Positions 38,388 through 49,216 of a DNA stretch of 49,216 nucleotides are shown here, piece after piece. The notes below the pieces were generated by a model. That model was not told the origin of the DNA and made no database searches. It worked only from the letters and a program-made list of their open reading frames with translations. This stretch comes from Octopus bimaculoides. Its lineage: Eukaryota. A program made the translations under genes and the position numbers. Positions within the stretch are counted from its first letter, which is position 1. Each line of letters opens with the position of its first letter. The stretch lies in assembly GCF_001194135.2 (NCBI RefSeq), contig NC_068983.1:110538972-110588187 (forward strand). Direction: 5' to 3'.

Positions 38388-38904
38388 TATTCCGAAAGTC
38401 TGCATTTCCAGTTTCCAGTAAGTGATGGCGGAGCACAATGAGTAATATTTACTGTATTTTTGACTTGGAGAAAGATATATATATGTTTACTAAAAGGAAA
38501 TTCATCAGCTAAGCAAATGACCTTCTCGAAATGCATTAAAACTCTATAACATATTTAGAACACTATCTCAGAAAATTATCTCCGTTTTCTTTGAGCATAT
38601 AAGAGACAAATTTAGATGAGGCAAAATGAGTAAGACAAGATAAAGTAAATTTGCCTTTTCAGTTCTCCACAATTACTTCTGAAAAAACTCATACACATCA
38701 ATATTCATTCTTAGACACTAGAAAGATCATATATTCAACAAAAATGTAAAAATCTAAGCCAAATGAAAGGGAATCATGGAATTAACGACATGAAATTAAC
38801 GAAATTTGACGTAATCAAAAAACTCAACATGAAATATTCTCTATAGCTTTTTCAAGATCTGTTAGAGTGGCCCTCGGCAGATTCTGGTTTGAGCAACAGA
38901 TATA

Positions 38905-39330
38905 ACCCGTCATAACTTTTTAATTTTTTGGAATTTTCAAAACATTTTGTGATTGTGTGTTCCACACACGACAACTCATACAACTATGAAAAAAAATTTT
39001 TTTTTTTAATTTTTCGAATTTGTTAAATCACAGGCATTCCGAATTTTTGACTTAAATCACAGCAAAAGATCATTCAATGTGTTTATGGGAAGAAAGATAT
39101 TGAAAAGTATCGATACGTTCGAGTAACAAAAAAAGGAAAAAACAAGAAAAAAGACAAGGAGGGTATCCGGTGGTCGTGAGATGCACTAAAAATAACAGTT
39201 AAATAGCCCTTAAATTACACATAAAAATGTTTTATATATTTTCGTAGTCGTATGAATTCCCGTGTGTAGAATACAAATTCGCAAAAGTTTTCTGAAAATT
39301 CCAAAAAATGAAAACAAGTTATGAGGGGCT
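38905..39330. mobile_element. MITE-like element with imperfect inverted repeats of about 90 bp
   Basis: tcataactt...ttttttggaattttca...ttc.acacacg...tcatac.acta.gaaaa at about 38910-38995 is mirrored at about 39237-39323. Outer ends and TSD not resolved. Confidence 0.6.
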
Positions 39331-40289
39331 ACTTAAAGCAGGTTGGCTCTCTTCCTGATACATTTATGAACGATGCAGTTAAAGAAAAGAGATTATTGAA
39401 ATTAGTTATTACTCATTTTTCCCGAGTTTAGACAGTTTTTGAAAATCGGAAGTCATCAATTTAAACATTAACGTTGGAAACAATTGACTTGGATTCCAAC
39501 AGAGTAAAGAATTTGTATTCGTAAACATATTCTGGATATTTTATTAACAATCTCAATTACAAGTGGGTCAAATTTGAGGAAAGATTTCTTGAAAATAAAA
39601 TACCTACTACTTGACTGTTTCAAACTGTCTTGACTGCAACAACAACAATGGTGGCCAATGTTTACTTCTAAAGATGATGCAAGAGGACAAAATGTTGATG
39701 CAATACTTGGAATATAATAATTTAAAGCACATAATAAAAAATAATGAAAACTTAGTAATTACTCATTTTGCCCCACTCAATTGTAGTTCAAGTATTTGAC
39801 AGAATGACAAAAAAAAAAGTAGTAAACTAAGAAAGAAAGAAGTTTCGATTTAATAAAAGACATGTGCGCATAAAGGCGGAATTCTAAAGCTGAAAAAAAA
39901 AGGATTTGAACTGTTGAGAGAATTAATTTAATAATTAAAACTAAATTCAAAATTTAAATTTTGGAACATATTCATTACACACTTGCTCATTCATAAAATA
40001 AGACTAGTTTTCAATGCCTCTCTGAAAAAACGATGGAGCTTACATTGGCAATATATGTGTGTGCGTATTTGTGTGTGTGTGTGTGTGTGTGTNNNNNNNN
40101 NNNNNNNNNNNNNNNNNNNNNNNNNNNNNNNNNNNNNNNNNNNNNNNNNNNNNNNNNNNNNNNNNNNNNNNNNNNNNNNNNNNNNNNNNNNNNNNNNNNN
40201 NNNNNNNNNNNNNNNNNNNNNNNNNNNNNNNNNNNNNNNNNNNNNNNNNNNNNNNNNNNNNNNNNNNNNNNNNNNNNNNNNNNNNNNNN

Positions 40290-40364
<75 letters not shown>

Positions 40365-41688
40365 CGCGCGCGCAAACAGACACAAACATCCCAAAACACT
40401 CATAGATATATACAAACATTTTTCGGAGTGTTTTGTTTTCCTTTTGTCTGTTAATGTTCTTAAATCAGCTACAATTAATTCTTAAGAGAAGTAATTTGGG
40501 ACTGGATAGCGAAGTGTTTATAATTGAATGAATTGATGTCACTAATGTAAGAGTTTGGGCCACCCTGTATTGAGTGTTACATACCCTTCATAGCAGACGG
40601 GCCCTATTTCAACGAATGCCTGGGGTAGTTACCACCTTCGAATCCTAATAAATCCGGTCATGCCAAAAAGAGTGCTGCAGTGGGTGCAATAAGCTATACA
40701 CAAGAGGTATTCTTAACTGTGATTTAATTCCATAGTATATTTCTAGAAAATCAAGATTTCTTGGGAAGAAAAATGCCCCGGATGTTGTTGTGCGTTAAAC
40801 ATATATTAAATCTGACTATTTTCTGGCTCTTTACAAAATCATTAATATGTATTTCGAATGACCCATTTATACGAATTTCCCTAATGTTCTCCATTCAAAG
40901 AATATATATATCTTAATATAGTCCGGGAACATAAATGAAAGAAGGCATTCTCAGTATGAGAGATTACACTTGAAATTAGTGGATTTATTCGATGCTACAT
41001 ATTACATGTTTCGATAATGTTTACCATTTAGGAAATGAAAAAGAGACTTACATTGTTACTGGCATCCACAGTATCTATTAGTAATATCTGATAGATTATG
41101 TATTTACTGAAAGAGAGTGACAAAGAAAAGAATGTGTGCTTGTACGTGTACGGAACTGGTTAACTGCTAACGGCATTACTTGAAATCTCTATGTATCTGT
41201 AACAAACATCTTGGAAGCAATTATTATAGAATCGTTTGAACCAAACACTATAATCTAACGAAATTATACTCTTATCACTTTTATTTCATATAAGAAACCG
41301 AAGTGCAATTGATTTTTTCAACTAGGTAGACTGATCCATTTGTGAATTGAATGTCGCAGCCATGGACGAACACATAGCAGCTGATAAGAATCGTAGATTG
41401 ACGTGAGAGGACAATGGAGGAAATTCAATATTGGGTATACAATTTTTAATGCAATTTCCACGAAAGAAACCTTTTCGTAACGTGATGAGTTCAAATCTTT
41501 TATACAACGTTGAGAACCAAATTTAACTTGCAAAATCATGTTGTAAGTTTAAATATATAAGTTGGAAACAATAACATGCTTTTCAGTGAAGGTTTTAGTT
41601 CTGTTTGATTAAGAATCTTAAGCAGCCTACGCATGCACACGTAGATACATACAAATATCAACATACGCATACATATATGTACGTGTGA

Positions 41689-41719
<31 letters not shown>

Positions 41720-41829
41720 AAATACACTATTCTGTATGAAAAAGTCGACGCTGTATAGATTTATAAGCAACTCTCTGTCGGTGTTTACCTTTGCTTTCGG
41801 ACCAAATCTATTTTGCTGTAGTCCAAGCG

Positions 41830-41874
<45 letters not shown>

Positions 41875-42448
41875 CTTTAGATTGGTTAAAATATGTATGG
41901 TGGATATAATATTTATATAGTTCCCCCTCCATATTTTCAAAAGGTGAAGGGCCAACACGTTTTTGGGATCTGANNNNNNNNNNNNNNNNNNNNNNNNNNN
42001 NNNNNNNNNNNNNNNNNNNNNNNNNNNNNNNNNNNNNNNNNNNNNNNNNNNNNNNNNNNNNNNNNNNNNNNNNNNNNNNNNNNNNNNNNNNNNNNNNNNN
42101 NNNNNNNNNNNNNNNNNNNNNNNNNNNNNNNNNNNNNNNNNNNNNNNNNNNNNNNNNNNNNNNNNNNNNNNNNNNNNNNNNNNNNNNNNNNNNNNNNNNN
42201 NNNNNNNNNNNNNNNNNNNNNNNNNNNNNNNNNNNNNNNNNNNNNNNNNNNNNNNNNNNNNNNNNNNNNNNNNNNNNNNNNNNNNNNNNNNNNNNNNNNN
42301 NNNNNNNNNNNNNNNNNNNNNNNNNNNNNNNNNNNNNNNNNNNNNNNNNNNNNNNNNNNNNNNNNNNNNNNNNNNNNNNNNNNNNNNNNNNNNNNNNNNN
42401 NNNNTATATATACGTACATATACCAGTATACATATGCATATAAATATA

Positions 42449-43472
42449 CAGGGGTTGGACAAAATAATGGAAACACCTAGCATCAAAATTTTGAAATATC
42501 TATAATACCGTCTAAAGCTTGTTCATGTTTATGTCTTTTGATTTATTATTAGTGATACTTAATATAGAAATATTAATATTTCTAAGTCTCTCTAAAGAAG
42601 ACTACGACAGCGGTACTGGAAATTAATATTTATCGCCAAGCTAACATGGCTGTCCAAAAAAATACGACGAATGCTGCCGTTGATTAGCATTCACAAAAAC
42701 CGTTCGCCGAGAGCTGCACAAAGCCGGATTTCACGGGAGGGCTGCAATCAGAAAACCACTGTTTTCAAAAGCAAATGTTGCAAAGCCTTTAGATTGGAGT
42801 TAAGCCGACAGAATTGGTCCCAAGAGCAGTGGAAGAATGTAATTTTCTCGAACAAATCATCATATCCGTCCACCGGACGAGTATACGTGTGGAAAAAGCC
42901 AAAAGAAGCATTTGACCCAGACTGCTTTCTTCCAACTGTTAAACATGGAGGAGGATCTGTGATGATCTGGCGGGCTATATTTTGGTAATCCGCCGGCCCA
43001 GTGATTTGTGTTCATGGCAGAGTTATGAGTCGAGACATTTTAAGCATTTTATCTGATCAAATTCCTTCTATGTTTGCGGAACTTTTTCCGGTGGGAAACT
43101 CAATATTTCAGGATAATAATGCACCAATTCACACAGCTAAACTTGTTACTGAATGGCACGAGGAATATTCTAATGAAGTTCAACAACTTATCTGGCCACC
43201 ACAGTCCCTAGATCTCAATATTATTGAACATTTATGGTCCATTTTTAAAAAAGCAATTAAGGAGTCGATATCCTCCACCATCATCACTACAAGAACTGCA
43301 AACGGTTTTAGCTGAAGAATGGACAAAAATTCCTTTGGAAAAAATTCTAACTTTGTATGAGTCCATACCTCATAGAATTCAAGCGGTAATTACTGCCAAA
43401 GGCGGTCCTACACAATATTAAAATAATTTTGTTTGAAACGTTATAGTGTTTCCACTATTTTGTCAACCCCTG
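42449..43472 (+). mobile_element. Tc1/mariner element, 1024 bp, both TIRs and TA duplication
   Basis: ta|caggggttggacaaaataatggaaacac ... gtgtttccactattttgtcaacccctg|ta. Confidence 0.93.
42671..43420 (+). pseudogene. Tc1 DD34E transposase relic, N-terminal DNA-binding region deleted
   Basis: WKNVIFSNKS, PTVKHGGGSVMIW, IFQDNNAPIHT, WPPQSLDLNIIEHLW, KGGPTQY*. Frameshifts, a stop, and Asp-to-Asn changes in catalytic motifs. Confidence 0.9.
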
Positions 43473-43483
43473 TACACACACAG

Positions 43484-43522
<39 letters not shown>

Positions 43523-43565
43523 GTATATTTCTATATGCATGTATATATACACACACATATATATG

Positions 43566-43596
<31 letters not shown>

Positions 43597-43605
43597 GTAT
43601 ACACA

Positions 43606-43639
<34 letters not shown>

Positions 43640-44917
43640 CACATATTTATGTACAAATATATATGTATGATATATATGTGTGTGTATATGTGTGTGTGCG
43701 TGCGTAATGCGTGTGTTTTTGCCAATATTAACACGCAGAGCAATTTCATTTTGTCTGTCTTTCTGTTTATAATGGATAAAATACATTAGTCTTGCTGAAT
43801 ATATTCCCATTTTTGTAAATGTATATGAATTTAGCCAAATATGAACGGTCATATTTGAAGCAACGGTGATTTAGTATGAGTTGAGCAACCTTTTAGGATC
43901 CACATTTTTTTTTTTTTTTTGCTTTTCATTGAATACTTAATCAATGAACTTATGCTAATCATTTTTGTTAATTGATTTCGGAATAGTTAAACGAAATTAT
44001 CTGCCAACTTCGTGTTACAGGAAAATGTGAAGATGCAACAGGCCAAATTATTTGACGTTAACCATTCTCTCTGAGATTTTTCATGCCCGTAACTAGGTTC
44101 GTTTGTGAAGCACGATGGAAAGTGTATTGTTCTAGAGTTATTGCTCTTTCCTTTCATTCTGCCTTGGTTTCTTTGCAGCTAGACAAATCATTGCCTCAAT
44201 TCTTGGCATATATATATCTACGGAGTGATTGGAAGCTTCATGAAAATACAGAATTTACATGAATTGACCATCTAATGTATAACGATATAATACATTAGTG
44301 TTAATTGATCAGTCGGTCTCTGATGTCGCTTTCGAATGGATCTGTCATAGCTGAAAATGTTAAGTATATTGTCAATTCCAAAACAGAAAGTATATTGGAG
44401 CGAAGCATATGCATTATGAAGTTCACATTTTCCCTTTCAACGTGAAATACATTTTTCCAAACCTCTTTCCATCTTTTGTACACTTTTTCGACTATTATAA
44501 TGGTAAATTCATAACTGCATCTTTGTTTATGTTATGGCGCATATGTGATTTTGGTGAAGCGTTTTCTGTACTTTTATGTCCAAGTACAACGACAGAATAC
44601 TGTTGATTCTAATATCACTTTGTTGATTGCCAACTATAAAGTAGAAATAAACATTCCTGAATTACTTAGAGGGAATAATTGAAGGCCAATTGGTATCGGT
44701 CGCACTCTTCAGGTATTTTAATTCCTTGTATAGGATCGGAAGTCGTTTTCCTTTCAACACAAAATGATGTCATTTGAATTGATGATATCTATTCAACGTA
44801 TCTCTATGTCATAGAGCAGAATCTTGTGGCTTTTGGTTTATTGGAACGCTAACTCTGCTACCCTAGGGTCACACACACGTGCACACACAACCTACACACA
44901 CAAACACACACATACAG

Positions 44918-44949
<32 letters not shown>

Positions 44950-45519
44950 ATACATACCTAGGTGTATATACACACTCATGTATATACATGTTCATTTATG
45001 AAGGCAGTCATTGTACTGGATGGGGCAAAGACTTGTCTAAGGAAGAAGACCACTACAATCACAAATTAAAAAGGATGTGTCCAGTTGAGTCTGGAAAGTT
45101 TTTAATTATCTGGGCAATACCTAATGAGTTTCTGTACAGAATGGTGATGGCTTTGATAACATGACTTAGAACACCATAGTTTAACAGGAAATGTATAACA
45201 AAACTCTAAAAGAAAAGTCCACCAAATTAATAGATGCCATTTGCTTAGAGATTCTGAGTTCTCTAATAATTTGAAGAGCAAAGATATGTGAGCATCTGAA
45301 ACTCTGGTGCTTACTTCACATTTCTTCAACTGCGTGATTTATTATCGCTCCTGGAGAATGCGGCAGCCAAAATAGATCTGTTTGTCAATGAAAGCTGGAT
45401 ATATGATCATCAGTGAAGATGTGCGGGGCTTAGTAAATTGTTCTAACGGTGGAACAAGGAGTAAGAAGCACATCTACAATAAGTACCGTCGGTCCTTCGT
45501 AGCTAACAGTGAAAGTAAA

Positions 45520-45760
45520 AAAAATATCTTACAGGCAAGGAATTAATCTGGAATTCCTGTTAAAAGCCTCGTGATATTTAGGACAAGTTGGCAAGTCATG
45601 CCATTTCTCAGAGCGTTTGTAGAGAACGTATTCTTGCATGGAGTAGAAAAGTGGCTTATGAAGAAGTTCCGATTCACCTCAATTCTATATCCATCAGGTT
45701 TTTTATGAGGGCTTAAAATACTTTAGGCGTGACCTCAGTACCAAAGAGGACATTTTAGTC
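45520..45760 (+). pseudogene. Decayed RTE-group RT C-terminal fragment
   Basis: IWNS followed by FLRAFVENVFLHGVEKWLMKK resembles the plus arm at about 37930-38010. Confidence 0.5.
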
Positions 45761-46471
45761 ACATTATAAATATTTCTTCTACTAGACTTGCTAAATGCGT
45801 TGTAGGTAGTTTTTTTTTTTTATATAACCCATTCAATGTATTAATGACATAGATGTAAGCATACGTCTAAGTAATCTTCAATCTACTAATTTACTGGAAA
45901 TATATTTTTCTAGTGGCAATGATTTTGTAGTGCAAATTCATCGCCACAATCATTCACACTATGATTTTGAAGCAGATTAATTGAAATAAATGAAACCAGA
46001 GTTTCTGTTGTTGAGATCCACATGATACCTCGTCCAGAATAAAAACTTACTATAACGATTCTTAGAAGCCGCTCCAGAAGATCATTGCAAGGAACTTTGT
46101 TTTGAATGCATTTTCATTGAGATTCGCTCAACCGCGATATACTTATATCAATATCTATGGAAATGGATGAACATATACTACGTGCCATTGTTAAAAATGT
46201 ATGTTTTTAGAACATAGAAAGCAATATTGCATGTGCCTTGAAAATTTGAAATTTCCGTACACGTTTTTATATATTACAGTGCATGTTCTTCAAAGTACTG
46301 TTATTACTGTTTTACTTAAAAAATTATTAATGAATTAATCATTATAAAAGTATTTTGAAGCGACCTCAGCACTTCTGGAAAAAAATCCACTTCCTTCCGG
46401 AAACAATGTACGTGAAAAAGAAACTTTTGAAACTTACTGTTTATGTGAACGTGTGCATTATTCCAGCAGAG

Positions 46472-47093
46472 GAAGGCGGCGAGCTGGCAGAAACGTTAGC
46501 ACGCCGGGCGAAATGCTTCGCCGTATTTCGTCTGCTGCTACGTTCTGAGTTTAAATTCCGCTGAGGTCGACTTTGCCTTTCATCCTTTCGGGATCCATTA
46601 AATAAGTACCAGTTACGCATTGGGTTCGATATAATCGACTTAATCCGTTTGTCTGTCCTTGTTTGTCCCCTCTGCGTGTAGCCCATCGTGGGCAGTAAAG
46701 AAATAAGAAACGCTAGCACGCCGGGCGAAATGCTTAGCGGTATTTCGTCTGCCACTGCGTTCTGAGTTCAAATTCCGCCGAGGTCGACTTTGCCTTTCAT
46801 CCTTTCGGGGTCGATAAATTAAGTACCAGTTACGCACTGGGGTCGATATAATCGACTTAATCCGTTTGTCTGTTCTTGTTTGTCCCCTCTGTGTGTAGCC
46901 CCTTGTGGGCAGTAAAGAAATAGAAATAGGTATTTCGTCTGTCTTTACGTTCTGAGTCCAAATTCCGCCGTGGTCGACTATGCCTTTTATCCTTTCGGGG
47001 TTGATAAATTAAGTACCAGTTGCGTACTGTTGCCGATCTAATCGACTGGTCTCAGCCCCAAAAATGTTGAGCCTTGTGTCTAGAGTAGAAAAG
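46472..47093 (+). mobile_element. Head-to-tail chain of three tRNA-derived SINE units (46472-46706, 46707-46928, 46929-47093)
   Basis: Repeated gttctgagtt.aaattccgc...gtcgact.tgcctt..atcctttcggg...aagtaccagtt body. The central part resembles Deu/Nin-type SINE domains (recall, unverified). Confidence 0.9.
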
Positions 47094-47759
47094 TTTATTT
47101 CAGCAGATGAATATTCAATGATGAATAACTGGGTTTAATTATTCTAATATGTGCAGTTACATAACGTTTCTGATTTCAAAAGCACTGCTTTATTTGACTT
47201 TTACTGATAAAAGTTAGAAATGAGCGAAAGCTTTGTATTTAAAAGTGGGACAAGAAATAACGAGGAATTTATGAACAATTTCGATCTCTAAATTTACCGA
47301 AATGGATACATAAACGTTTCATTATATATACATCATGAACCACACTCGAACTTTTATTTTCTATTTTTTATTGCAACTCTTTTGAATTCAATGTTTTTAA
47401 CATTGAATATTCCATTTGGGCAAAAAGAAAAGAGAATATAGAAAAATTAGAATTTTTACTCCAATCACTTTCACTAAGCACGTATTTAACGCTTCAACAA
47501 TTGTAGTGGCTCTGTTAAAAAGTTCTAAAAAAATTATTGGCACAATGCTAACCATAAGCTTAAACCACTTTACGCCTCATCTCTTTGGCAACAGCTATAA
47601 TTGTTTTTTTTTTAATATTTGCGGCAGAAATAGCATTTGCATTTTCAACTGATAATACAAACAAACTATGGCTACTAACACTATCACACTCCTTCCCCTG
47701 TTTTATGCTTCTTCGTAAGCTTGTATTTCAACATTTATCGCTTTCTTTTCAACTATTCC

Positions 47760-47874
<115 letters not shown>

Positions 47875-48483
47875 AAGCGAGAGAGTTGTGGGGTGCAGAG
47901 AATGTAAGGACGGTTATAAAGGGACCGAAGAAAATGAAAAAGAGAGTTTAACACCGTAGAAACTTATTTCAGAAATATATTTTCATCCCGAACATCCTTT
48001 CCAATCCTTTCTCATCCAGTACTCATCAATTGCTTCTGTTGTTTAATACTATTATTTCCCTTAATATTTTCTCACGTTTTCTACTACTACTGCCACTCTG
48101 TCTTACTATTTCATTAATTCCGTTTGTTTACTTCAGAAAATATTGTGTGAAAATTAGGAAAGATTTGACCGATATTTCTTGAAATAAATATTATGTAAAA
48201 CTAAAGTGTAAGATTCCAAATAATAATAGATATGGTTTCACTTTATATTTACTGCATACAAAGTAGAACGAATCAGAAAATAATACATGTTTATATAATG
48301 TATTGTTGTGACTATCATTGCTATTACTAATGGCTGATAGAGAATTAAATTAAGTATCACCATTATAATGACTGATATAAATTTAAATTAAGTATCACCA
48401 TTATTATTATTGTTGTTGTTCCCTTATTGATGTAGATATAAGATTGCCAGGTTTTTGTCTCTCTCACCAAGGTCAGTAGCTAT

Positions 48484-48528
48484 CGAACGCCGACGAAGGG
48501 AAATAACCTTGAAATCCGGATCCGTTCG
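48484..48528 (+). ncRNA. Candidate type I hammerhead ribozyme with palindromic stem III loop, U4C variant
   Basis: Stem I CGAACG/CGUUCG, CCGACGA, stem II AGGG/CCUU with AAAUAA loop, GAAA, U-(CCGG)-A, AUC triplet. Confidence 0.6.
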
Positions 48529-48702
48529 TGCTGCAGATCGTGGTGAGAGGGATAACTTCCCTTGGCAAACAGGACACAGTCGTGTGTCGATAAGCCAGCT
48601 GGAGGAGATGTCCTCCTGGGGCTAAAAGCAACAGTAACATCCACCCCTAGGGGTCAGCCACACTTAAGTGGCAATATACTACACTTTATCGTNNNNNNNN
48701 NN

Positions 48703-48875
48703 TGAGATATAGAATATGGAATATACAATATATAATATAATATACAATATATAATATAAAATAAAAATGGATGGTACAATGAAATAAAGTATTGAATGTC
48801 TTATTGAATATATGGAATATGTCTTATTGAATAGATGAAATATTGAGTGTTCAATATAAAGGATTAAATGTATAA
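48703..48875 (+). repeat. AT-rich repeat, inverted partner of 1-173
   Basis: About 97% identical to the reverse complement of 1-173; starts directly after a 10-N gap. Confidence 0.9.
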
Positions 48876-48922
48876 AGGCAAATACGTATTTTCTATACCT
48901 TGTGGTATTTCATCATGGCCGG

Positions 48923-48963
48923 TATGACAGACTTTAACAGACTGTCTGTTAAAGTCTGTCATA
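48923..48963. repeat. Perfect 41-bp palindrome (20-bp arms, 1-nt spacer)
   Basis: tatgacagactttaacagac-t-gtctgttaaagtctgtcata. Confidence 0.97.
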
Positions 48964-49019
48964 TTTTTATTTTTCGTCCGTTGGTGATGTCCTCTACACG
49001 ATGTATTTTATATATATAT

Positions 49020-49195
49020 ATGTGTGAGTGTGTGTTTGTGCGTGTGTGTGTGTGTCTCTCTCTGTCTGTTTTTGTACCCCCACCATGATTTGACAACCGA
49101 TGGTGGTGTGTTTATGTTACCGTAACTTAGCGGCTCGACGGTGTTCCAGCATTGCCGCAGTCAAATGACTGAAATAATAATAAAAAACAAGTATA
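49020..49195 (+). mobile_element. 3' part of the CORE-type SINE family seen at 26362
   Basis: ttgacaaccgatggtggtgtgtttatgttaccgtaactta matches about 26620-26660. Confidence 0.7.
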
Positions 49196-49216
49196 TATAT
49201 ATATATACATATATAT

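Noticed and set aside
40480-40572. gggccaccctgta, a Tc1/mariner-like TIR end
   Set aside because: No partner TIR or transposase nearby.
41340-41520. Possible mariner HTH relic (NVAAMDEHIAADKNRRLT)
   Set aside because: Similarity is too weak and needs several frameshifts, and no TIR pair was found.
46472-47093. CRISPR-like or satellite array
   Set aside because: The units are SINE bodies of about 165-235 bp without unique spacers, in a eukaryotic context with no cas genes.
48340-48405. Short direct duplication aattaagtatcaccattat
   Set aside because: It is a local AT-rich slippage product with no associated element boundary I can support.

Overview
AT-rich, microsatellite-dense animal genomic DNA with nine N-gaps. 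The SINE families look like those of Octopus, which is my recognition and not a database hit. I found no host protein-coding exon, rRNA, tRNA gene or CRISPR array, and most ORFs in the track are artefacts of simple repeats or N-runs. The window is a layered transposon graveyard: a CR1-like LINE relic, a Penelope-like GIY-YIG relic, a decayed two-LTR Ty3/Gypsy element, four co-oriented R4/Dong-type LINE copies (three on (ATT)n tracts, one split by a hAT-type insertion with an 8-bp TSD), several RTE-group LINE relics (one with a 5' inversion), a Tc1 element with both TIRs, and several tRNA-derived SINEs. The most notable signal is RNA-level. Three unrelated hammerhead-ribozyme-like motifs are present. 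One sits in a tRNA-headed SINE-like element (four copies) that twice shows Penelope-style inverted structure. Many element boundaries are hand estimates.
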